A stretch of DNA of 63,364 nt, filler included, from Octopus bimaculoides (taxonomy: Eukaryota): NCBI RefSeq assembly GCF_001194135.2. It is 7 parts of 5 records of this genome, joined end to end, with 100 filler letters (N's around TTAATTAATTAA, not from the genome) between each part and the next. Parts side by side here need not be neighbours in the genome. Positions count along the whole stretch, not along the records: positions 29,859 to 46,989 come from NC_068994.1; positions 47,090 to 51,679 come from NC_068981.1; 5 more parts are not named here. One strand, written 5' to 3'. Both the position numbers and the translations under genes were made by a program. Below, one piece after another: positions 36,163 through 47,944 of the stretch (within the stretch, counting starts at the first letter, position 1; the number at the start of each line of letters is the position of its first letter). Under the pieces are notes generated by a model. That model was not told the origin of the DNA and did no database searches. It saw only the letters and a program-made list of their open reading frames with translations.

Positions 36163-36835
36163 TACAGGGTGCGTAAGATTTTTGAAGACAGATTTATGTT
36201 TATAAAAAAAAACATATATAATAACAAATAACTTTATCAAAAAATGCTATGAGGATAAAAATAAACTTCCTTTTCTATAATGTTATTCAATAAAACCACC
36301 TTCAGCTTCAACAACTGCTTCAATATGAGATCTAGATCATCTACATGTTCGAATCAAGTGGTCCTGGTTCATTTTGGACATTACTCTGTCTATAGCAGCT
36401 TTCAAAGTATCTTTGGTGTTATAGGCATGTTCCTTGACCTCTCTCTCGACAACGCTCCACATTAATAGTCCAAGAGATTGAGATCTAGGGAATTAGGAGG
36501 CCAAGTGTTAGGGGTTATGTGATCCTGAAAATTTTCAGCCATCCATTCCTGTGTTACTAGAGCTATGTGTGATAGTGCAGTCTTACTGAAACACATATGG
36601 ACTTCCACTGTATACACTATCTATCCAGGGCTTAACAATTATTTCCAGGATCTCAATGTAGGCGGTAGAGTTAACTCTAAGGCCTTGTGAAAAGAAGTAA
36701 GGAGGCATCACATGTTCTTCATTGCTGATAACCCCTAAAATCATGACAGTTGCAGGAAATTTGTATGCATAACACTTGGAACTTCAGAAGGGCCTGCACA
36801 AAACCATCTGTCATTTCTTCAGTTAACTTTTTGAT
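36163..36835 (-). mobile_element. maT/DD37D-type Tc1-mariner transposon, 3' half
   Basis: The minus strand translates to PSEVPSVMHTNF..TVMILGVISNEEHVMPPYFFSQGLRVNSTAYIEILEIIVKPWID...WSVVEREV...HIEAVVEAEGGFIE*. TIR TA|CAGGGTG at 36163. Confidence 0.85.
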
Positions 36836-36959
36836 TCATATCCATTCATTTTTCATTATATCACTATATTCATTTTCATTCGATTTATGTTTTATGTGCC
36901 CCCACAGTATTGTGTTGTCTGTCTTTGTTCGTCCCTTCTTTGTAAGAGCTATATGCTCA

Positions 36960-38500
36960 TAGTAAAGAATAAAGCTAGCAAGGCCACGCCCTTTCCTTCG
37001 TCATTTTTGGATTTTCGCTGTTACCAACGTTGTGGGAGTTCGTTCCTGTATAATGGTGTAAGTTACATTTTGTGTTTAATTTTTCTACTGTGATTTGAAC
37101 TGCTGTTCGTTTTGGAACTGTAATTTTTGCCCTTCGGGGCAGAAAATTGTGTTGGAATTTTTATTCCTGAAAATAATTTTTTTTACTATTGAACTGTTTT
37201 GTGTTAACTGTTTCTAGTTACCACATTTATTTTATTGTTGGTCATCTGTGACAAAATTTTGAAAAAAATTCACAATGGAGCTTAATATTGAATCCCGTAA
37301 GAAGTTTCCTGAGATGGGAAAGGATGCTGCAAGTAACGACAAGGAAGAACAAGGAAATCTCAGCTTCTCAGCCGCGGTAGGAGCGAACGTTACAGAATTA
37401 GATGAATCAGATGAAGCAGTTGTTTAAGTTTAGGAACTTAATCAAAAAAAGTGGCGGCGACACGAAACTGTTGCCGCTCCCGGAAACAATGCAGGAATTA
37501 ATGCCCGTGCAGTTGAATATAAGATATACAACATAAAAAGAAAAAAGATTATGGAGGCGAAAAAGGAAGTGGTGGAGAGGTGCATGGCACCAATATGAAA
37601 TAAAGTATGCTACGTCAGCCGTGGAACGCGATGCGCAACCGTTGAAGCGCAGTTTCAGACGGCTGACGTAGCAAAAGTGTCAACAAAGACACTAAAAAAC
37701 GACGAAATTATGCCGCAGAACGGCGAAAGTCACGTTAGAAGATATACCAGCTGGTTATGAATTGAGGTGGGTAGCAGCGGCAGTCATATGTGACGTTGAA
37801 GAAGTAATCATCCTGCAAATGAAGAGGAGGGACGCCGTGAACTGGCGAGGCCAGACGATTGAGATGGTAATTCAAGCGGCGAACCAAACTCTGAAAAATT
37901 TACCCGATAGAGTGTTTATGGGATAGGGGGTGACAATGCGAGCGGCTGTGGTGGGACGTAGGCCCCAATGCTTCAAGTGTGGAGAGAAGGGCCACGTCCA
38001 CTCCAAGTGTACAAAAGGGAAGGAGGAGAGAACAACGGAAGAAAAGAACCAAATTACAGAGGATATGGAGTTTACAACAGTGACTCATAAGCGTAAGAAG
38101 GCACAAGTCCCTGATTCCCCTCCCCAAACAAAAAAAACACAAAACATACAGACACAAAATCAAACTTCCCAGCCCAAGCCCACAGCAAGGCCATTTGCCA
38201 AACCCTTCCCCAAACTACAAGTAAAAGCTATAGAGTTCCGGGAAAAGAACGAGACGTTAGCGAGAGTGATTAGAGCACACCATGACACACGAATGTTTAG
38301 AGTAACGAAAGAAACACAGACGGACGTTAGGTATGGAAGAATTAACGAGAAACTGTTTACGGATATGAAGGCGAGGTATCCGGAAGACATGAGACATAAC
38401 TGCCGAAGTGGCGGGGGAGGGTAAACATATAAGTCCGACTGCCACACCCAGGAAAAGCCCAGGAGCATGGCGGTAGACAGGAACGATAGCTATAAACTTC
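36960..38500 (+). mobile_element. Tx1/L1-clade LINE 5' part (UTR and decayed ORF1 with CCHC knuckle)
   Basis: ORF1 starts at about 37275 (MELNIES). Zinc knuckle CFKCGEKGHVHSKC at 37969-38010. Several frameshifts; ORF2 is absent. Confidence 0.7.
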
Positions 38501-39790
38501 AACAGGAAAATGGCGAAAACGAAACGACGGGAAACAATCTCGTCATTACAAGTTTACCGGCTCGTTCCTAACAGTTTTTTTCATTTCTCAACATGGCGTC
38601 GGTTGTTTACTTCGTCTACGGAGCGTGGTACCTCGGGGGAAAACGAGCAGGAGACGAATTTNNNNNNNNNNATAACTGCCGAAGTGGCGGGGGAGGGTAA
38701 ACATATAAGTCCGACTGCCACACCCAGGAAAAGCCCAGGAGCATGGCGGTAGACAGGAACGATAGCTATAAACTTCAACAGGAAAATGGCGAAAACGAAA
38801 CGACGGGAAACAATCTCGTCATTACAAGTTTACCGGCTCGTTCCTAACAGTTTTTTTCATTTCTCAACATGGCGTCGGTTGTTTACTTCGTCTACGGAGC
38901 GTGGTACCTCGGGGGAAAACGAGCAGGAGACGAATTTGCGGTTCTTCTCTTCTGTTTATTCGTGTGTATAAGTTTGTATCGCTTTTCTGTTTTGAGGTAG
39001 AGCGAACACACGAACATAGAAAGACGCAAGGCGCAGCACAGAGAAGCGACTGGCTAGTGGGAATATCTACAACATTCAACAACAGGAAGATAAGGTGTGA
39101 AGTCGTTCACGTGTGAAGCTCATTCTTTAAGGAATTGTAACGATGGCGAAACTTTCGTATTCAAACTCGGGCTGCGAAGTTGATGGCCGGCTTGCTTGAA
39201 ATATGTCCAAGGGCCCGGGAACAGGGAGTGCAGGTGGTGCACTTGCCCCTCCTAAAAATTTTAGTGGGTGCAAAATCAAAATTTGCACCCCATACATATT
39301 TTGCCATGTTTAGTTAACAGTGTCTAAAAATTGATCTGTAAAAAGTTGCGTATGTTAGGTTTCTTCTCAAAGCAAGAACAAAGAACAAACAAATAAATAA
39401 ATAAATAAATAAATCCAATATGTTTACTAATGAAGTTGGTCATCAAATTCCCAAGGGAATTCTGCACAATGAAAAGCCCTTTACTGTCCTGCTATCCACA
39501 TTCTTCATTTTCATTGAATACTACATCATCATAATCAGTGCCATAATATTCTACTGCAACAACTATAACCACCACTACTATCAGGCCTTTCTTCCCACCA
39601 CTGTCCACCTCAGTTTGAATGTGTACCCCCACAGCTCCATAACAAATCTGCTAATTGTAAAGAAATAAAATCTATAAAGGCATGACACTCCCAAATATGC
39701 CAGTTTTCTCAATGCAAGAGATTATGCATAGCAGCAACTGCTGGTACATTAGGACAGTTTCTTTCAAGCTGATTGTAAGGNNNNNNNNNN

Positions 39791-41097
39791 CTGTTGGCCA
39801 ATTAGTCCCAAAGTTCTTGTCGGGACGTAAAATAAACGAAACGAATGTCATTTATCTCTCCCTTCCTCTCTGACGTCTTCTGCAAAATGGCGTGAATTCG
39901 CCAAGCTTTACCTGCAAGAAGTAGCTTTTGAATCTCAGTATTGGATGTCAAGAATCAAACTAAGGACAGATATTCAATCCCGAGATCATTCTCATTCCAA
40001 AAGGGTATAATATCTCTATATAGAGCAAATTTAGACTGAGATACAGCGATGGCAGACAGACAAAATTTAGTGTTTAGCATAATAAAAATATCTAGAAAAT
40101 ATTATCAAACATTTTAAGAGCAACAAAAAATATAATTTTCGTTAAGCACTTAACGAGTTTATAACCTTACTCTCTACATCTTCCCGTGTACTATATGTTG
40201 AGTATCCATTACTCGTATTCATAAGGCGGTGAGCGGCAGATTGGTTAGCACGCCGGCGGCATTTCGTACACCTTTGCAATCTGAGTTCAAAATCCACTGA
40301 GGTCGATGGTTCCTTTTGTTCTTGATAAAATAATTGCCTGTCAAGCTTTGGGGTCAATATGATCGACTATTCATTCCACCAGATTTCAAGCCTTGTTCCT
40401 ATAGTAGAAAGAATATTTCATGTACGATTTTTATTTACCCATACTTACTATCATGTCCACTTACAGCTACACGATTGTTTACAATGAAATATTCTGTGTG
40501 AATATATCGAGTGTGAAGTATCGTTTCTGGTTGGAACCTCCAGGTTTCCTGTCCTGAAATTGCCTGGCTAAGAGTTCATACGGGTGCAGGAACAATACCG
40601 GACACCTTGTAACTATATTATGGTACCAACCAGCGTGTTACAGAGGGTGTTTAAGAACTCAAAGGTGCATAAAACGGCAGACCCACACAATTGTGTCCCC
40701 GAATTTGTTTCCTGATAACTTCCAGAAAAATGGGTATGTATTTTAAAGAAATTTTCTACAAATACCTCTCGCTCAATACATAAATAAATTGACACAAAAT
40801 AAATGGGAAGATATTAAAGAAGAAAATCTTTTTTAATATCTAGCTTAGAAAGGACGTCAAAGAAATGAGATTATTTGAATTTAAGATGAAAGAAGTGGGT
40901 TTTTATCTTACTGAGACAGACAGTGATTTCCTGCTCCTCATATTGAATACTTGAAGTAGCAGGGGTACCTGCCTCAGTATGTAAGGTTTGATTCGAGTGG
41001 AAGTAAGGAAGAAACTTCGGACAATTTAGATTAACTAAAGTCTATAGACAAAAGTAATTTCATGAAAACCCACAACCAAGTTTGCGTGCGTGTGTTC

Positions 41098-41100
<3 letters not shown>
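39791..41100 (+). repeat. Tandem segmental duplication, copy A
   Basis: Colinear with 41428-43010 from ctgttggccaatt through gaaaacccacaa, including the same embedded SINE. Confidence 0.95.
40224..40395 (+). mobile_element. SINE inside duplication copy A
   Basis: aaggcggtgagcggcagattggttagcacgcc...gagttcaaaatccactgaggtcg. Confidence 0.85.
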
Positions 41101-41170
<70 letters not shown>

Positions 41171-41427
41171 AAGGAAGGAAGGAAGAAAGAGTGAAACAAA
41201 CAAACAAAGTAAGTAAGAGGAAAAGAATGAAAAAAGAGGTAGAGAGAGAGAGAGACATGTTCCACATAAACAATATTCTTAGATCGATACACATTGCACA
41301 TTTATAACTAAAATATATCTATAATGATTATATGCCCCGCCACTGTTTGATCAGAGATTTAGGATGAGTGAGAATTAATTCTCTAATGCAATCATTCTAT
41401 TGTTCCAGTCTCAGGTTGAATTCCAAC

Positions 41428-43010
41428 TGTTGGCCAATTTGTCCTAAAGTTCTGGTCTGGAAGTAAAATTAGCGAAGTGAATGTCATTCATCGCCTCCTT
41501 CATCTCTGACGTAATCTAACGAACGACAAACAAGTTGGCGTGAATTTGTCAATCTTTACCTGCAAGAAGTAGCATCCCAAATACCTTTAAATAACATCCC
41601 AATACTGGATATTCAAGAACAAACTTAAGGGCAGATTTTCAATTCCAGGATTATTCTCATTCCAAAAACGTATATCATTATTTAGAGAAAATGTAGACTG
41701 AGATAAATGGACCGCAGACAGACAGAATTTAGCTTTCATTATAAACGAAATATCAAGAAAATATTATCAAACATTTTAAGAGCAGCAAACTTGTGTTTCA
41801 TTTAAGTACTTACCAAGTTTATAACCCTACTCTCTACATCTTCCCGTGTACTATATGTTGACTATCCATTATTCGTATTCATAAGGCTGCGAGTGGCAGA
41901 TTGGTTAGCACGCCGGTGGCATTTCGTACACCATTGCAATCTGAGTTCAAAATTCACTGAGGTCGATGGTTCGCTTCATCCTTTTGTTCTTGATAAAATA
42001 ATTGCCTGTCAAGCTTTGGGGTCAATATGATCGACTATTCATTCCACCAGATTTCAAGCCTTGTTCCTTAGTAGAAAGGAATATTTCATGTACGATTTTT
42101 ATTTACCTCTTCTGACTATCATGTCCACTTACAGCTACACGATTGTTTACAATGAAATATTCTGTGTGAATATATCGAGTGTGAAGTATCGTTTCTGGTT
42201 GGAACCTCCAGGTTTCCTGTCCTGAAATTGCCTGGCTAAGAGTTCATACGGGTGCAGGAACAATACCGGACACCTTGTAACTATGTTATGGTACCAACCA
42301 GCATGTTACAGAGGGTGTTTAAGAACTCAAAGGTGCATAAAACGGCAGACCCACACAATTGTTTTCCTAGAATTTGTTTCCTGATAACTTCCAGAAAAAT
42401 GGGTATGTTTTTTAAAGAAATTTTCTACAAATACCTCTCAGATTGTGTACATTAAGATTGTAGAGGAATTTAATGTGAAAAAAAAAAAGAAAATTTCACG
42501 AAATTACACACATATATACTAACACACATTATTTGTTGCACCCGATCTCTTAGGCCGCATACAATACATTCAGCATCTTCTCTTCAGAATCTCGTGTGGA
42601 TTCCTCTTGATTATAAAATTTGTCCAACTAGATATTCATAAGGTGGCTGCTAGGTCCGCTAGAAATAGCATTCAAATCTTGCTCACCACATAAATGAGTT
42701 AAAACAAAATACATTGGAAGATAATAGCAACGAAAATTTTTAGATTATCTACCTTTAGAAAATGCATCAAAGAAAAGAGTTTGGTTGAATTTATAATTAA
42801 AGAAGTGGGTTTTTATCTTACTGAGACACAGTGGTTTCACGTTTCTTCTTTTGAATAGTTTACGTACCAGAGGTACGTACCTCAGGGCATAATTGTTGAT
42901 ACGGGTGGAAATAAGGAAGAAACGTGGGACAATTTACATTAACTAAAGTTCATAGACAAAAGTAATTTCAAGAAAACCCACAAACAAGTTTGCCTGTGTC
43001 TGTGTGCGTA
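41428..43010 (+). repeat. Tandem segmental duplication, copy B
   Basis: Homolog of 39791-41100 with about 260 bp extra at 42440-42700. The matching SINE is at 41884-42075. Confidence 0.95.
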
Positions 43011-43099
43011 AATGTATCAGAGAAAGAGAGAGAACTTGAAATTTTGAAAAATGGAACTTGAAATTTTCAAAAATTGAACTTGAAATTTTGAAAAAAAAA

Positions 43100-43400
43100 A
43101 TCAGGATGTGTGTCAGTATATATGTGTATGCGCGACCTCTATTTTTTTCACATTAAATTCCGATATAGTCGTAATGTACGCCATCTGAGAGGTAATTGTA
43201 GAATATTTCCTTAAAAGATATGCATTTTTTCAGAAAGTTATAAGGATACAATTGTCTGGAAGGCACGCCTGTGAAGGTCCGCTCAAAATATCCCCACAAA
43301 CACCAAAAACAAGGTGAAGATGACTCTGACTTCACTCTAGTCTTCAGGTGTCCGGGTACGTCCCCCGGCGCACACATTCCCTAGCCTCTAATCACCGCGA
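43100..43400 (-). repeat. Diverged inverted third copy of the central block of the duplication
   Basis: The reverse complement shares ccggacacct, acaattgt, cct.ataactt.c.gaaaaa.tg and aa.tacctctcagat.g.gtacatta.ga.t.ta..ggaatttaatgtgaaaaaaa with 42170-42520. Confidence 0.8.
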
Positions 43401-43772
43401 AAGGTTGAAAGAGACTGAATATTATTTGAAACGAAGGCCTTGGAGAAAACGTTTCCGCTATTATGACGTCATAATGACAATATGACGAAATCTAGAATTC
43501 TCTGAACTAAACGAGAAGAATTTCTCTCATAGACGCTACACGCGCACGCACACAAAAGCACAAACAGACATATACACAAACAAATATTTACATATATGAT
43601 GTATGCATTTACGTTAATGTGTGTGTGTATGTGTGTGTGTATGTGTGTGTGTGGGTCGGTGTTTGTGTACATATTTGTGCGTGTGTGTGTGTGTGTGTGC
43701 ATGTATGTGTATGTTTATGTGTGTGTGTGTGTGGTGGGTGCCTACCTGTCTGTCTATCAACATATACAGATA

Positions 43773-44185
43773 TAAAGGCGGTGAAGAAAGACGAAATTTT
43801 TAGCGGCATTTCATCTGTCTTCATATTCTGAGTTCAAATTCCGCCGAAGTCGACTTTGCTTTTTATCTTTCTGGGTCGATGAAATAAGTAGCAGTTGAGC
43901 ACTGGGATCTATATAATGGACTTATCCCCTCCCTCGAAATTATTGCCCTTCTGACAAAATTTGATATCAATATATACAGACATAGTCAGTGAGCTTGCAG
44001 GATGGTTAGCAATCTGGGCAAAATGCCGAACTACATTTCTTAATTCTTTACCTTCTGAGTTCAAATGCTGCCGTGGTCGACTTTGTCTTTCATCCTTTCA
44101 CGATCTATTAAAGAAGTACCAGTGGAACACTGGAGTCGATGCAATCGTGTTTCCCCCTCCACGGAAATTGCTGGCCTTGTGTCAA
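43773..44185 (+). mobile_element. Two tandem SINE copies (43773-43960 and 43990-44185)
   Basis: Both show the gagttcaaat...gtcgactttg core and the 3' ggccttgtg/gcccttctg-aaaa tail. Confidence 0.85.
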
Positions 44186-44269
44186 AACTTAAATATATGG
44201 AGGTATATGTGTCTATGTGTGTAGATTATTTGTGTATGTAAATCTCCGCTTGCCTTCGTCACCCACTAA

Positions 44270-44700
44270 ATTCTTGGAAGTATTATGGGAGAATATTCCT
44301 CAAGCCCGTCTTCTATCAGGTCCCGTCACAATTAACCGTCTCCAACTGATTCAGCCGGATCTCGAAAAGAAACAAACCGAGCTCATAGATGTTATCCAAA
44401 CAACTTGCTCATGGTCCCCTACCCCTGGGTTTCCTGTCAGTTGTTTTTGTCCGTAAAACCTGTTCATCGATACTTTCCTGAAATATTTTTACCACATTTC
44501 CGTAGTATCGGAGATGTGATCTCCCAAGAGGCTCTACCAGGAACACCTCTCTGATGTGCAGGCTACGCACTCAATAAAATAACATATCTTCAAAGTCTAT
44601 TCGGTAGAACCCCATTTCAGCCGTTTGTATTCGCGATCGTATTCATTCGATTATTAGCCAAGAGGACCAGAACTGCTCCTGATTATTCTACTTTGCACCA
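44270..44700 (-). mobile_element. RTE-type LINE RT C-terminal remnant
   Basis: The minus strand gives IRSRIQTAEMGFYR...RYYGNVVK...GKPRGRGP...CLDNIYELG. Confidence 0.6.
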
Positions 44701-45919
44701 CAATGGTTCACCGTCTGGGGTTATAAGATGTATTCACTGATTTGTAATCAAGAAAAATCCTGACAATAATTGATTATGCAGCACCTTAACAAAGGACGTG
44801 GTCACATGTTGGTGTGCAGAGAACTACGGCTGCTGATGCCCATATGTCTCTTGTGGCTGTAGTGATACTTCATTGTCGCTAATATGCTGAATAGCTCAAG
44901 AGAAAGAAAAAACTCTGACTGTTTGATTCATCATATAAGATAAACTTGCGAGGTTATCTTCAATTATAAGAAGTTGCGCGCCCCCTATTGCAAGGTTATC
45001 TTATAATATAAGAAGGAGTTGTGCGATCAAAAGCTGCACCCTCTGGTGTCGCACACAAAATACACCCTGTGGCAAGAGAAAGTCTTAAACCATTCTATTT
45101 GTATGAAAGTCCAAAAGATTGTCAAAGTTGTTGAGATCCCTCCGGAGCGCAAACTACCTTTAACTCGTTGCGTGTAGATGTTTGTCAGATGTTTGTCGAG
45201 CATCATCTCTTGTAACCCAGATGGAGGGTTTGTTTGCCTTTTTACTTTCTATATGCACTACTTGGTGCTCCGTGGTTGGTCGCTGTAGAGAGGAAGGTAA
45301 CTTGTTTCTTCTATGTCTCATATGAAAGTGTAGCGAATGCTATGTTTATTATTTGACTGTCTAGGCTTAAATAGCTACCAATTGGCGTATTTTTCGCGTT
45401 TTCTAGAAGTGGTCACATAACCATATCTGTTTGTGCCAAATGGATGCTTTAAGTCATCGAAATAGACTGCTTGCCAGACCAAAAAATGTGCGGTCTATTA
45501 CCTTTTGAGATAACCAGAGAGCAGAGAATTATCACCAGAGATCTTTGACACCATGCTTTGCGTTTACCTCTCACACATCACTATGTACAAGCTGCACTGA
45601 GAACCAATGTATTTTTCTTAACAGAATTATTCATACCTATGGAACACAAGCACTACTATATTCTTTTTTGCTAGTTTCGTCATGTGGTGTCTCACATTTT
45701 GAAATACTTGCAGTTTGTATTTATACGGCTTATGTTTGTTTCGCTTGATATATTTCGGAAATTAAACATTTTAATATACAATATATATACTTCACATTAT
45801 TACATATTCTATACATTAATGCAAAAAACATTGTGTTTATTGACTATCCTCAAAATGATGAAGGCAGCAATGGAAAGTTCAAGACTTCTTAAGTTCGAAA
45901 CTTCTTAAAGCAATTTCGA

Positions 45920-46320
45920 AAGGCTATCAAGACCTAGCGCCCAGAAAAACTAATGAATGGAATCTTCTTTCATTAGGACAATGCTTCAGCCCACAAGTCC
46001 TTGGTTTCAATTGCTGCTGTGCGTGACTGTCTCTGAACTGGTTAAACCCCCTCCCTATATTATGGATTTGGCTCCATCTGATTATCATCTCTGTTTCCCA
46101 ACAACAAAAACACACGGCTGGGCACCAGTATCGATGGGATGAAAACGTCTCATCTGCAGCCGATGCTTGACCAACAGAATATTTTCTCCACCAGTGCGAT
46201 TCAAGCACTGCAACTGCTGATGGAAGTGTGTGGACAGTAAGAGGAACTATATTAAAAAATGAACTTCATTTAGTCACATTCCATGAGAGTGTCTTGCTCA
46301 GCCTATGAGCATTTCAGCCT
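45920..46320 (+). mobile_element. mariner 3' part
   Basis: GIFFH*DNASAHKSLVSIAAVRDC...PPYIMDLAPSDYHL contains the catalytic DNA...H and YSPDLAPSD motifs. A TIR remnant reads tatgagcatttcagcc. Confidence 0.85.
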
Positions 46321-47089
46321 ATGAGCATTTAATGTTAACATTGAAAAAAATCCACTTTTTTCGTAAAATATTTGGACCTTGTTTTGCACCACCTCAGTAA
46401 ATTTTGTTCCCGGGTCATTGAATATATCCTCTCATTGCTGCATTTAGAAACTAAGTTCTTCGTTCGGGTGAACCATTTTAACAACGATAGAAGCTTTCAG
46501 CTACTGAAAATCCTTTTAGGCTGAGGTCACCATTTTATAATGGAAGGAAGGTTTTTATGATACTTTGGGGTGTCTTCTTCCATTATAATTATTCTGTTGA
46601 TTCAAGAAGCTGGAAATACGAAGAATGAAATTCTCAGGCGGAGTAAATTCAATAACCGTTTGTTCACAGGTGCTTCGTACAAGGGGTTTGCTTTCAGTAA
46701 CCATCTTCACAGCAGTGCGTAGTTAGCCTTCTCTCCCATACACGTGAGGTTCAATAACCTCTGGAGACAATGCATGTGGTATCACAGCGGTACAAAAGTC
46801 CGCTGTGAGCTCCTGGCTTCGAAGTCTTGCTCGGCGTCAGCATAAGAAGAATGAGAGAGAAAATGTTGTTGTCTTTTCCTTAAATAATGGTTGCAGGCGA
46901 GATCTCGCTGTTTCAAAGTGGCGCTGGCTTCTTTGTGCCTCGCTACAACTCCTTCAGGGACAAACGATCTCCACAATGAATTCCAATTTNNNNNNNNNNN
47001 NNNNNNNNNNNNNNNNNNNNNNNNNNNNNNNNNTTAATTAATTAANNNNNNNNNNNNNNNNNNNNNNNNNNNNNNNNNNNNNNNNNNNN

Positions 47090-47420
47090 GAGTTTCTACA
47101 GCTGGATGCCCTTCCTAACGCCAACCACTCAGAGAGTGTAGTGGGTGCTTTTACGTGTCACCCGCACGAAGGCCAGTCAGGCAGTACTGGCAACGGCCAC
47201 GCTCAAAATGGTGCATTTTATGTGCCAACCGCACAAGAGCCAGTCCAGGGGCACTGGCAATGGTCACGCTCAAAATGGTGCATTTCATGTGTCACCCGCA
47301 CAAGAGCCAGTCCAGGGGCACTGGCAACGATCTTGCTTGAAAAATTTCATGTGTCACCCGCACAAGAGCCAGCCCAGGGGCACTGGCAATGGTCTCGCTC
47401 GAAAATCCTACGACGGCCCC
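47090..47420. repeat. Repeat-element fragment with a tandem array of about 63-bp units
   Basis: gtgtcacccgcacaagagccagtccaggggcactggcaa recurs four times (about 47155, 47222, 47290, 47350) after ggatgcccttcctaacgccaacc. Confidence 0.8.
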
Positions 47421-47424
47421 GCAA

Positions 47425-47625
47425 TATATATATACATGCATATATACAGACATACACATATATCTACATACATATATACATATATATATACACACATATA
47501 TATATATATATATATACACATACATATATATACATACATATATATATGTATCTAAACATATATATAAATACATACATCCATATACACACATACATGTATA
47601 TATATATATATACATACATACATAA

Positions 47626-47678
<53 letters not shown>
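47425..47678. repeat. (TA)n/(CATA)n compound microsatellite
   Basis: Seen directly. Confidence 0.95.
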
Positions 47679-47944
47679 NNNNNNNNNNNNNNNNNNNNNN
47701 NNNNNNNNNNNNNNNNNNNNNNNNNNNNNNNNNNNNNNNNNNNNNNNNNNNNNNNNNNNNNNNNNNNNNNNNNNNNNNNNNNNNNNNNNNNNNNNNNNNN
47801 NNNNNNNNNNNNNNNNNNNNNNNNNNNNNNNNNNNNNNNNNNNNNNNNNNNNNNNNNNNNNNNNNNNNNNNNNNNNNNNNNNNNNNNNNNNNNNNNNNNN
47901 NNNNNNNNNNNNNNNNNNNNNNNNNNNNNNNNNNNNNNNNNNNN

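Noticed and set aside
36908-37061. Candidate + strand coding exon (CCCACAG| ... |GTAAGT, open frame)
   Set aside because: The peptide resembles nothing I recognise, I found no partner exons, and it overlaps the probable Tx1 5' UTR.
38392-38940. Exact duplication of about 270 bp (38392-38661 / 38672-38940)
   Set aside because: The copies are identical and separated by a 10-N gap, which is typical of unmerged overlapping contig ends.
40553-40610. Slight resemblance to the 3' half of 5S rRNA (gcctgg...aataccgg...tgta)
   Set aside because: Only short scattered matches, and the 5' half and internal promoter boxes do not align.
43240-43275. Shared peptide DTIVW between the inverted copy (+) and copy A (-), suggesting coding constraint
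   Set aside because: Only two synonymous differences support it. The frame is broken by a 14-bp insertion in A and a stop in B, and ends within a few codons in all copies.
39210-46420. CCCGGGAACA (39214) and its reverse complement (about 46408) as TIRs of one 7-kb element
   Set aside because: The match is short, no TSD is visible, and the interior is unrelated mixed repeats. Two separate relics are more likely.
46782-46976. Minus-strand ORF MWRSFVPEGVVARHKEAS in non-repetitive-looking DNA
   Set aside because: It is short, has no recognisable domain or supported splice sites, and is cut by a gap. It cannot be supported without a search.
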